IMG/VR virus record: IMGVR_UViG_3300049215_000496
Location: 1 to 64,000 of that record
Origin: a virus
Direction: 5' to 3' (one strand)
Length of the DNA stretch: 64,000 bases
Shown piece after piece: positions 1-8,486 of the stretch; position 1 is the stretch's first letter, and every line of letters begins with the position of its first letter. The notes beneath the pieces were generated by a model. It made no database searches and was not told where the DNA came from. It was given only the letters and a program-made list of their open reading frames with translations. Made by a program: the position numbers and the translations under genes.

Positions 1-241
1 CACGGTTGATCTCGTCGACGGGTTCGAGGCAGCGGCGCGACGCACCTCGACGCGCGAATCCGCGGCCAACGTTGTGATCGTAGCTGGTGGTGTTGATGGG
101 TTCTCGGCAACGCCTGCACGCACTGTGAAATCTGTGTCGCTTGCGAGCGTCGTCAGAGTCGCTATTGGTGTGGATTCGTTCGTTGCCACGCGTAGCCGAA
201 CGAACCGTGACGTTGGAATCTGATGCGAGATTCGCAAGCAT
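1..241 (-). CDS. LRV/HEAT-like repeat protein (3' end runs off window)
   Basis: Own translation from ATG 241: MLANLASDSNVTVRSATRGNESTP/IATLTTLASDTDFTVRAGVAENPSTP/PATITTLAADSRVEVRRAAASNPST, three LAxDxxxxVRxxxxxNxST repeats. Confidence 0.65.
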   Translation of the reverse strand, partial: MLANLASDSNVTVRSATRGNERIHTNSDSDDARKRHRFHSACRRCREPINTTSYDHNVGRGFARRGASRRCLEPVDEINR

Positions 242-259
242 GGTCGCGTTCTTGGTTGC

Positions 260-814
260 TCATGTCGCCACGTTTGAGTAGGCGTCACCGTAGCACCCGT
301 TGGCCCCGTCTAGGTGCGTGACCGTGCCCAGCCGTCCGATCCAGCGATCGAGATCTTCGGCCACGAGCATGTGTGGGTGCCCCTCGTGTGGCGGGATGTT
401 CACCCATTCGAAGATGCGCAAGACCGGAGCTGCGCGTCGCGCGTTGGCAATCACCTTGGCCGGGTCCCGGACGTGCTGGAGCACGTTGTAGATCCACACT
501 TCGTCAAAGCTGTTGTTGGCTTCGATTTCTTCGCCGCTTTTGGTTGAATGTGCGATCCCGTGGGTGTTGTAACGGGCACGCACCCACGCAGGATGCTGGT
601 CCATCAGGGGGTCAACTACCGCGCCGTAAACGAGATTGATCGTCTTGAGGAGCATCGACACGGGGCCTCCACCGATGTCGAGTATCGATTTTGCGCGAGC
701 ATCGAACGAGAAGTGCACGCGTGGAATTCTCATGAGGCGTGCGTACTCGTAGTGCTTTTGCTCTTCGTCGAAGGTGTTGGCGCAGTCGGCCCAGTAGGTT
801 AACAGGTCACGCAT
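260..814 (-). CDS. Class I SAM-dependent methyltransferase
   Basis: ILDIGGGP motif I, FDEVWIYNVLQHVRDP motif. Confidence 0.8.
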   Translation of the reverse strand: MRDLLTYWADCANTFDEEQKHYEYARLMRIPRVHFSFDARAKSILDIGGGPVSMLLKTINLVYGAVVDPLMDQHPAWVRARYNTHGIAHSTKSGEEIEANNSFDEVWIYNVLQHVRDPAKVIANARRAAPVLRIFEWVNIPPHEGHPHMLVAEDLDRWIGRLGTVTHLDGANGCYGDAYSNVAT

Positions 815-1773
815 CAGGGGCGCTCCCCAAGGGCAGGGGGCGAGAAAACACGCGGATCCAAACTATCACGGCCGATAATGATACCCGTTCCGGGTGTTCC
901 TGTTGATCCTGTGAAACTGCGCCAATCTTCAATCACATTTTCCCACGTTCTCGTCGCACGTACGGCAGCGCGAATGCTGGCGCACTTAGCTCTGAACGCG
1001 CCGACATCGCGGCAATAATGCAATAGTGTGTTTGCTACGAACGGCACGAAACGCTCTTCGTTCAGGGGGGCCAAAATTCCCATTCCTGCCAGGCACAATT
1101 GCGGGAAGTCTCCAACTGGGGTGCCGATTACTAGTCTTCCAGACGCAGCCGCTTCGTATGGGGGCATAGCGCCTCCCTCTTGGAGGGATGACATCACAAG
1201 AGCGTCAACGCTGGCATAGAATGCCGGCATCTGAGCACGTTCCAGGCCGAGAGCTATTTTGAAGTCTAGGCCGGCGCGTGCCGCGGCTGCGCGCGCGAGG
1301 GCACCACGTTTGATTTCTACCGTACCGTACTGATTCATTCGCTCCATGTTTGCAGCGTATCCCACCACACGCAGTTGTGCGGGCATAGGCATGGTGTAAG
1401 CGTGTACGTCTATTCCCTGGCGCAGCACGGTTGGTATGCGCGTAAGTCCTAATGTGAGCGCCGAACTCACGAGCGAATCAGACACGGCCCCGAGACCTGC
1501 ATATGCAGCATACTGTGGGTCTTCTTTGAAAACTTGGATCAGATCATGCTCGGCGTGGAGGCATACAAGAATTTTGCTTCGCGGAATTCCACAACCTGTC
1601 AGGTATCTGACACCATCCATTGGAAGCGTCAGAATGCGATCGTACTGCGAAAATATCCCCGGGGGGAACGTGCTTCTGGACCATTCGATCAGATCCGCAC
1701 CGATGTGATGTGCTACGGATCTGTACAATTGGCCAATTGACCAGTTTGTGTCACAGAAAATTGCAATTTTCAT
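814..1773 (-). CDS. GT-B (GT4-like) glycosyltransferase
   Basis: MKIAIF start; FYASVDALVMSSLQEGGAMPPYEAAASGRLVIGTPVG (ExxxxxxxE motif). Confidence 0.8.
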   Translation of the reverse strand: MKIAIFCDTNWSIGQLYRSVAHHIGADLIEWSRSTFPPGIFSQYDRILTLPMDGVRYLTGCGIPRSKILVCLHAEHDLIQVFKEDPQYAAYAGLGAVSDSLVSSALTLGLTRIPTVLRQGIDVHAYTMPMPAQLRVVGYAANMERMNQYGTVEIKRGALARAAAARAGLDFKIALGLERAQMPAFYASVDALVMSSLQEGGAMPPYEAAASGRLVIGTPVGDFPQLCLAGMGILAPLNEERFVPFVANTLLHYCRDVGAFRAKCASIRAAVRATRTWENVIEDWRSFTGSTGTPGTGIIIGRDSLDPRVFSPPALGERP

Positions 1774-2627
1774 CGCACGGGATGATACCGCAATCGGTGT
1801 GCTAGCTCCACCGCAGGGCGCGCGTCCGCAACAGTGAATCCTCGTCCAGCAAGCGTGTTTTCGTACACGTTCTTGTGCAGGTCTCGAAAGCCCCCGGAGA
1901 ATTCGATGCTGGTGTTGTTGTTTATGGTGATCCGTTGAGTCAACGGGCCGCGCGTGGACAAGTGCCAGCTCACGTCTGCGTTTTGCAGCACGAGTTCTCC
2001 GGAGGCTGCGTCATCCATGCGTTTCGTCACGCGGACAGCTTCCACCGGACCGTACAGCCATAGCAGCAGATCGAGTAGATGAATCCCGATGTTCGTGATC
2101 AGGCCGCCCGACTTCTCGATGTCGGCCTTCCAAGAGTGCTGGTACCACCGACCGCAGGGGGTGTCATAGATCAATTCCACTGCGTGCCGACGCGTGCTTG
2201 GGCGCGCTTTGAGCGCTTGCAGCTCCGGGTGCAATCGCAGTTGCAACACGGTGTACGCACGGTGTTCTGCCGTCTCGGCCTTCTCGATGGCGTCCAGGTT
2301 CCACGGAGACAGCGCCAGCGGTTTCTCGCAGATCACGTTCGCGCCGGCCCGCAGGCCCATGATCGTGTGTATGTCGTGCAGGTGGTTCGGCGAGCACACG
2401 GACAGCCAGTTGATACCGTTGCCTTCACGTTGCAGCTTCAGTAAGTGCCGTTCGAAGCGTTCAGGCTCGGTGAAGAAGTCTGTGTTGGGGTTGTACTGGT
2501 CGAGAATCCCAACAGCGTCATGCGGGTCGAGCGCCGCGACAAGCAATCCCCCAACGTGGTCAATCGCGTCGAGGTGCCGCGGGGCCACGAAACCTGCAAC
2601 GCCTGTGATTGCGAAATGGGGGACCAT
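1770..2627 (-). CDS. wbpB: Gfo/Idh/MocA oxidoreductase, WbpB/WlbA-like (UDP-GlcNAcA 3-dehydrogenase)
   Basis: FAITGVAGFVAPRHL, SVCSPNHLHD, CEKPL, VLQLRLHP, SWKADIEKSGGLITNIGIH; start refined to ATG 2627. Confidence 0.8.
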   Translation of the reverse strand: MVPHFAITGVAGFVAPRHLDAIDHVGGLLVAALDPHDAVGILDQYNPNTDFFTEPERFERHLLKLQREGNGINWLSVCSPNHLHDIHTIMGLRAGANVICEKPLALSPWNLDAIEKAETAEHRAYTVLQLRLHPELQALKARPSTRRHAVELIYDTPCGRWYQHSWKADIEKSGGLITNIGIHLLDLLLWLYGPVEAVRVTKRMDDAASGELVLQNADVSWHLSTRGPLTQRITINNNTSIEFSGGFRDLHKNVYENTLAGRGFTVADARPAVELAHRLRYHPVR

Positions 2628-2682
2628 GTGAGAAGGGCAATAGTAGTTGATCTGGTGCCAACAATCTAGCATCATCCGATTC

Positions 2683-4788
2683 GTGCGCATCGTCGTTCTT
2701 GACTCAACGGCCGTTCCGGGTGTCGTCACAGGGCCGGGCGCACCCGCTTACTTCTCACGGTTCGTTATCGAGCACCTTCGCCAGGAGGGCCACGACATAT
2801 CGATCGAAGCCGCGTTCGACGAGAAGACGTGTGCCGAGGCGGATGCGGTCTGGACGGAGTGGTGCAACGAGGAGGCGTATCAAGCGGCCGAATCAGGCGT
2901 GTGCAAGAAGCTCGTGATCAGGATGCGGGGGTACGATGCGTGGGGGCCGCTCGACAAGCTTGCGTGGGAAAACGTTGACCAGTTGGTGCACGAGAGCCCG
3001 TTTCTGAAAAACCTGACCAACCACGTGCCGATAAATCCCGCACGCGTGCACGTGATCCCGAGTGGTGTTGATCTCGACAACATCGTGTTCCGGAAAAGAC
3101 ACACGGGTCCAGTTGTGGCCTTGGTTGCGCGAGCAATCGCGGACAAGGGATATCAGCTGGCGTTCGAGTGGGCGCGGCAGCGCCCCGATATTCAGCTCCA
3201 CGTAGCACTGGCACTCGCAGAAGCGAATCCTCGGCTCACCATATACTTGCAGCACACGAAGCCAAAAAATGTGACGATTCACGCTACGGTTGACACTGTA
3301 AAGTGGTTGGATGAGCTGGATGCCAACTTTCTGTTGAGTGCGTCGAACTGGGAGACGCTTGGGTACACAATAGTCGAAGCCATGGCGTTAGGGATCAAGC
3401 CATTGATACACGACACGCCAGGAGCGGAACGTAACTGGACGAAGTTCCCGTTGTGGCGTGATTTTCAACAACTCAACAATCTGATGGTCACAAACTACGC
3501 TTCTCAAGCATACCGAGATTACGTAGAGGAATTTTTGAACGCGCGTACGCAGAACAATGTGTTTGCAGATCTCATTCTCGCTTCATCCACGCGGGTCACA
3601 CCTGCTGTAGAAGACATACGCAAACGACAGTACGCGTATCGAAACACTGTGTTGAATGCCGCACGGGCTGTTGAACTCTCCGGAGCAGTGGATCCCGTTG
3701 CGGATCTCGTGACGAACTTCCGCGCACAATCTGTGCCTCACAGCATAGCATCAGACGAGCGCTACGGGGCCGCCTTGATGCTATCCGTGGCGTACTTCAA
3801 TCGAGGGGACTACGCCAACGCGAATGTGTGGGCTTGCCGAGCGCTGTTGGACTTTGCCCGCCCGGATGCGTTTTGCCTGCTGGGCGAGATCGCCGAAGCG
3901 CGTGACGACATCGAGGAGGCTGTGCGTTGGTACAAGCTGGCGTGTACTGCCGAAGACGTGCCGCAGCGCTATCGGATCGGTCCGTTAATCGACGGGCGCC
4001 ACGAACGGTTGAGAGCCCTGCAGGATTGTGCCAAACCGAGGCTGCTGCCCGCACCGCCGCCAAGTACATACCATGTCATAGTGACGGTGCGAAATGGCGT
4101 TAAATGGATCGATCGTTGTCTGGCGTCTATCAGGCAGCAGCAGCTCACCAACTGGCGTTGTATTGTAGTCGATGACGCATCAACAGACGGAACAGACGTT
4201 TTTGTTGCATCCTACTGCTGCGCTGATACCCGGTTCCAACTTGTGCGCAACAGCGAGCGCAAGTGGCAGGCCCGTAACACAGTTGAAATTGCCAGAACAG
4301 TGCACGACGCCGAAGACGTTGTGATTCTTGTGGACGGTGACGATTGGTTCGCCGATGCCACAGCCTTCACGCGCATTGATGAAACTTACAGGTCCGGTGC
4401 GTGGATGACCTACGGCAACGTCGTCGAAGCTGTTGGACGTCCAAGTGTTTGGGCACCGTATCCGCAACGGATTGCACGGGTCGGGGCGTTCCACGAATGG
4501 GCTTGGTGCGCGACGGCACCGCGCACGTTCAAGCGTTTTCTGCTTGACGGACTGCCGGATGCGGCCTTCATGCTCGCCGGAGCATGGCCTAAACTGGCAG
4601 GAGATGTAGCCGTCGTGTTGCCGCTTCTCCAACGAGCATGCGAGCGTGCTGTACCGATCACTGACGTGATCTACGTCTACAACACAGGCACGTCGGACAA
4701 CGATCATAAGGTTGATCCGTACGAACAGGTGCGTGTTAGAGATCTGCTTTACGATCGGCCGCCGCAGGCCCGGTTGGAGCGGAGCTAG
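2683..4788 (+). CDS. Multidomain glycosyltransferase (GT-B + TPR-like + GT2)
   Basis: ETLGYTIVEAMALG (GT-B); helical WACRALLD..AFCLLGEIAE; C-terminal GT2 with VVDDASTDGT and LVDGDDW. Confidence 0.8.
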   Translation: MRIVVLDSTAVPGVVTGPGAPAYFSRFVIEHLRQEGHDISIEAAFDEKTCAEADAVWTEWCNEEAYQAAESGVCKKLVIRMRGYDAWGPLDKLAWENVDQLVHESPFLKNLTNHVPINPARVHVIPSGVDLDNIVFRKRHTGPVVALVARAIADKGYQLAFEWARQRPDIQLHVALALAEANPRLTIYLQHTKPKNVTIHATVDTVKWLDELDANFLLSASNWETLGYTIVEAMALGIKPLIHDTPGAERNWTKFPLWRDFQQLNNLMVTNYASQAYRDYVEEFLNARTQNNVFADLILASSTRVTPAVEDIRKRQYAYRNTVLNAARAVELSGAVDPVADLVTNFRAQSVPHSIASDERYGAALMLSVAYFNRGDYANANVWACRALLDFARPDAFCLLGEIAEARDDIEEAVRWYKLACTAEDVPQRYRIGPLIDGRHERLRALQDCAKPRLLPAPPPSTYHVIVTVRNGVKWIDRCLASIRQQQLTNWRCIVVDDASTDGTDVFVASYCCADTRFQLVRNSERKWQARNTVEIARTVHDAEDVVILVDGDDWFADATAFTRIDETYRSGAWMTYGNVVEAVGRPSVWAPYPQRIARVGAFHEWAWCATAPRTFKRFLLDGLPDAAFMLAGAWPKLAGDVAVVLPLLQRACERAVPITDVIYVYNTGTSDNDHKVDPYEQVRVRDLLYDRPPQARLERS

Positions 4789-4790
4789 CA

Positions 4791-5441
4791 ATGATCGTAC
4801 TGCGGAATCTTCTCACTCCGCAACAGGTGGCTAGCATTGCTACTGCCATAGCACACGGACCTTTCGTATCCGGTACGATGACGGAAGAATTGCGCGCAGC
4901 CGGAGTCAAATACAATTTGCAGTTGGCGCCTACCAGTCCCGCTGCAGCGCACGCCACAAACATGTTGATGCGATATTTGCAAGATTGCATATCGTTTCAA
5001 ACCGCTGTGTGGCCGGACGTCATAACACCCCCGATGTTCTGTCGGTACGAGACTGGAATGGAATACGGCGCGCACATCGACAGCCCTAGAATGCAAGATG
5101 TTCGCTGTGATGTTGCCGTCACCGTGTGTTTGAGTGATTCGTACAGTGGGGGCGAACTTGTTGTGGATGTGGATGGCGCATCTGTAACATGGAAAGGGTC
5201 CATTGGAGATTGTGTAGTCTATGCAGCTGACACCACACACATGGTCACGCCTGTCGGACACGGCGTGCGAGAAGTTGCTGTGTTTTGGGTACAGAGCTTA
5301 GTTCGAAATCCCGCGCACAGGCGTTTGTTGTTTGATTTGCGCACGGCTCTGGATGAAGCACAGCACGGAACCAACAACACACCAGCACACATTGCCAAGC
5401 TGGAGCGCATATATGCCAACCTTGTTCGTTATTGGATTTGA
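4791..5441 (+). CDS. PKHD-type Fe(II)/2-oxoglutarate hydroxylase (YbiX/PiuC-like)
   Basis: VKYNLQL, YGAHIDS (HxD), YSGGEL, HMVTPV..G.REVAVFWVQSLVR. Confidence 0.85.
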   Translation: MIVLRNLLTPQQVASIATAIAHGPFVSGTMTEELRAAGVKYNLQLAPTSPAAAHATNMLMRYLQDCISFQTAVWPDVITPPMFCRYETGMEYGAHIDSPRMQDVRCDVAVTVCLSDSYSGGELVVDVDGASVTWKGSIGDCVVYAADTTHMVTPVGHGVREVAVFWVQSLVRNPAHRRLLFDLRTALDEAQHGTNNTPAHIAKLERIYANLVRYWI

Positions 5442-5600
5442 GCACTGCTGAATTTACAGCAAGTAGAATGTTTTGACGTACGCGGGGATTTATGGTTCAA
5501 ATTGAAGGCTGAAACACTGGTCTCTTGCCATGCTCGGGTACATGGCCTTTACAAACTTCCGTACCCTCGGGTGTCCCGCCCCGAGAAGAGGGCGTACAAA

Positions 5601-6086
5601 ATGTCTCAAACCCCGCGAAAAAGGCTGTACTTCGATTTCCGGTTGGGGAGTCTTCAGGATGAGGGCGGATCTTTCACTCGCCGCATCTTCAACTGTACGC
5701 AATTCACCGCGGGCACGCCCGGAGACCGCTACGGTGGGCTGCTTCAGGCACTGGAGTCTCTAACGATTGGGTCGCTGCCCGCCATCAAGGCACAGCGTGC
5801 AGTGCGCGCATACGTTAACCTGACGTTTTCTGGCGCCTCCTCGGTAAAGGCGTTTCCGGTCACGGCCAATTTCATTGGGCCTACGCCAGCAAACGCTACG
5901 GGGCCGGTCCAGTTGTTGCCATACCCTGCGAATCCGATTCTCGCGGGCAGCGAGGCGATTTACGGCACTGCAGGGCAGTTGAGGCATTTCGCGGTGCTCG
6001 TGCGGCTCGCGCCGTCTGTCGCTTTCGCGAGCACGGAAATCGCCGGAACGCTGTTCGTGGATCGCATGCACACGGTCGAAGTCTGA
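5601..6086 (+). CDS. Hypothetical beta-rich protein, possibly structural
   Basis: ATG 5601 after GAGGG; alternating hydrophobic strands. Confidence 0.5.
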   Translation: MSQTPRKRLYFDFRLGSLQDEGGSFTRRIFNCTQFTAGTPGDRYGGLLQALESLTIGSLPAIKAQRAVRAYVNLTFSGASSVKAFPVTANFIGPTPANATGPVQLLPYPANPILAGSEAIYGTAGQLRHFAVLVRLAPSVAFASTEIAGTLFVDRMHTVEV

Positions 6087-6090
6087 CGCT

Positions 6091-7332
6091 TTGATCCGGG
6101 AGACTGTCAAGCTCGATTCCGTTGCGGATATACCGCCGCATCCTGTTCCACCCATACGGTTTGTGTTCGATGCCCTGGTAGTCCCTGTGAGCGAAGTTCG
6201 GCGTCGACTCGTCCCGTATGGGCGGTTGCGCTTTGCGTGCAATTCGTCGCAGGTGGTGGTTGCTGATCTTGCTCCGGGCGATCCGGAGCCGCTGCTTGTG
6301 GCACTCGATATGCTGGCGCGGAGTGATGCGGCGGGATTGGAGCGCGCAATCCTCAGCGCGCTGCCGTATGTCGACGAAATAGTAGTCGGTATCGATGCGC
6401 GCAGCGACGCGGCCACACGATCAATGGCTCAGCGCTATGCAGATGTCGTGTGGGAGTTCGGTGCGTCTGATTTGCATCTGACTGAGGAGCAGTGGCAGGC
6501 CAATAAAATTGATTTCGGGCGCGCGCGAAACCTGGGGCGAGAGCGGTTGCATGCACCGTGGGCGTTGATGATCGACACGGACGAGTATCTGCACGCTCCG
6601 GTGGACTTCCGTGCGCTTGCAAAAAATGCCGGGCAGTTGGGCGCGTACACTATTGTCGTTCGTGTCGGGCAGGGGGAACAACCAGATTGTCAGCGGTTTG
6701 CTCGATCAGAGTATCGCTGGTTCAAAGCGACACACAACCAATTGCTGTTCACAGCTCCCATCGGTACATCAGAAGCGATGATTGTGCAGGACACAAGTCT
6801 TCGATCCGAAAAGGAAATTGCCCGCAGAACTGCACAGCGCCAAGCCGGTGTAGAAGATCTGCGGCAGAACGCCGAGAACGGCGAAATCATCGAGCTGTTT
6901 CACTACGCCAAGCACATCGCGGGGGTAGGCGGAGATATAAACGAAGCTGTCAGATTGATCGAGGACTATCGACTTCGCTTGCCTGTGCACACGCTTGCCG
7001 TCGAACGGGCCTGGTTGGCTCTGCTGCTGGCATTTAGGTTTTATCAGGACGAGAAGGATCTTCGAAAAGCCGAGATGTGGGCCGTTCGTGCGCTGCTAGA
7101 CGGGCCGCACGTAGCTGCGTTTTGCCTGCTCGGAGACGTCGCCGAAGATGACGGTGATTTCGTGCGCGCCGAGCGGTGGTATCAGATCGCGTGTGCGACG
7201 GAGGACGATGCACGGGCCATGACTTGGCCTCAGTACACGGCGCAACGGTACAGCCGCTTGGCCGAGATCAAGCAGCGCCTGACGACGCCGCCAGCATCAG
7301 ATGCCCTCCGTGGCGATCCCGCACCTTGCTGA
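6091..7332 (+). CDS. GT2-like glycosyltransferase with TPR-like C-terminus
   Basis: DEIVVGID, DFGRARN, WALMIDTDEYL (DxD); C-terminal WAVRALLD..AFCLLGDVAE. Confidence 0.75.
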   Translation: MIRETVKLDSVADIPPHPVPPIRFVFDALVVPVSEVRRRLVPYGRLRFACNSSQVVVADLAPGDPEPLLVALDMLARSDAAGLERAILSALPYVDEIVVGIDARSDAATRSMAQRYADVVWEFGASDLHLTEEQWQANKIDFGRARNLGRERLHAPWALMIDTDEYLHAPVDFRALAKNAGQLGAYTIVVRVGQGEQPDCQRFARSEYRWFKATHNQLLFTAPIGTSEAMIVQDTSLRSEKEIARRTAQRQAGVEDLRQNAENGEIIELFHYAKHIAGVGGDINEAVRLIEDYRLRLPVHTLAVERAWLALLLAFRFYQDEKDLRKAEMWAVRALLDGPHVAAFCLLGDVAEDDGDFVRAERWYQIACATEDDARAMTWPQYTAQRYSRLAEIKQRLTTPPASDALRGDPAPC

Positions 7333-7666
7333 TCAGCATTCGAAGCTTTCCCGGATCACACGCGCGCGCGAACGCGTCGCCGTAAATCGCTTCAGCGTTC
7401 TCCAACAATGCCTGTGCGGCAGCCGCGTTCGACAGTCCTGTGGTCGCGTTGTCGCTCTGGTTTGCTCGTCGGATGTACCCTCGGATTTGGCGGATTTGCG
7501 CTTCAATGTGGGCAGACGTTCCTGGATCCGCGAATTGGGTCGGGTGTTGCTGCATGCGGACAGCGATATAGAAGATCCACGCGCCAAGCGCCACGCCCCC
7601 GAGCGCTCCGAGAACTGTCAACAGGACCTCCGTGGCCCCCCACGAGCGCGATTCGTTGTTTGCCAT
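7268..7666 (-). CDS. Small membrane protein (paralog of 7667..8044)
   Basis: N-terminal TM helix; QIRGYIRRAN..YGDAFARACD. Confidence 0.7.
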   Translation of the reverse strand: MANNESRSWGATEVLLTVLGALGGVALGAWIFYIAVRMQQHPTQFADPGTSAHIEAQIRQIRGYIRRANQSDNATTGLSNAAAAQALLENAEAIYGDAFARACDPGKLRMLISKVRDRHGGHLMLAASSGAA

Positions 7667-8044
7667 TTACGCAGCCCCCGGCAGTGCAAGCGCTCCGCTG
7701 TGGCGGTCTTGAACCTTCTGAATCAACGCGTAGAGCTTGTCCGTGTCACACACACGGGAAAAAGCCGCTCCGTACGCGGACCGTGCATCGTCGAGCAAAG
7801 CGCGAGCCGCACCGGCCTGCGCAAGCCCTTCGGCAGCGGATGAACTTCTGTTGGCGGCACGGATGTAACCTCTGATCTGAGCGATCTTGCTTGTCAGATC
7901 GGGGGGTGCGCCCGTATTGGCGTGTTCCTTTGAGGAGATCCGCCAGTAGATCCAAACGCCAAAGCCGACGCTGCCAAGCACGACGATCGCCGTCAGGATC
8001 GTCGTACCCCAATACGTGGTGCGCTGTTCCGCCTCCTCGGCCAT
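7667..8044 (-). CDS. Small membrane protein (paralog of 7268..7666)
   Basis: N-terminal TM helix; QIRGYIRAAN..YGAAFSRVCD. Confidence 0.7.
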   Translation of the reverse strand: MAEEAEQRTTYWGTTILTAIVVLGSVGFGVWIYWRISSKEHANTGAPPDLTSKIAQIRGYIRAANRSSSAAEGLAQAGAARALLDDARSAYGAAFSRVCDTDKLYALIQKVQDRHSGALALPGAA

Positions 8045-8101
8045 TCATGACAGAATACGCCGTGATAGGCTACGCCTGCAAGGTCTGGTACCCTCGTTGT
8101 A

Positions 8102-8482
8102 GTGCCGCAGATCGAACTTTTCAACAAGCCGCTGACGGGGGTCTTTCAGCCATCCAAGCCCTTCATGCTGGTCAACGGGCTAGCCGTTGTCGATTTCGCG
8201 TTAACCGTGACGGTTTTGGCGACGGTGGAGTGGTACTACGAACTGACTTCGGATCCTCCCAGCACTGCCGCATGGTTTCGGGAGGTGGCCGAGGAGAGCC
8301 CCGCGGCAGGCGTCGTCGTATTGACACCGCTGGTCAGAAAGTTTTTAAACTTGGTACCTGGCGCGTACTTGTTGGATGTACAGAGCGCGAAGGCGCACGA
8401 TTTCTGCAGATTGCAGCTCCGCGTGTCGGTTGGAGCCGCACAGGCCAAGGTCGTAACGCCCACAGGCTTGCCCGCGTCGTGA
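8102..8482 (+). CDS. Beta-rich putative virion protein (paralog of 47109..47504)
   Basis: Shares LFN..L...F...K, EWY.E and WFRE.AEE with the 47 kb copy. Confidence 0.65.
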   Translation: MPQIELFNKPLTGVFQPSKPFMLVNGLAVVDFALTVTVLATVEWYYELTSDPPSTAAWFREVAEESPAAGVVVLTPLVRKFLNLVPGAYLLDVQSAKAHDFCRLQLRVSVGAAQAKVVTPTGLPAS

Positions 8483-8486
8483 TCCC

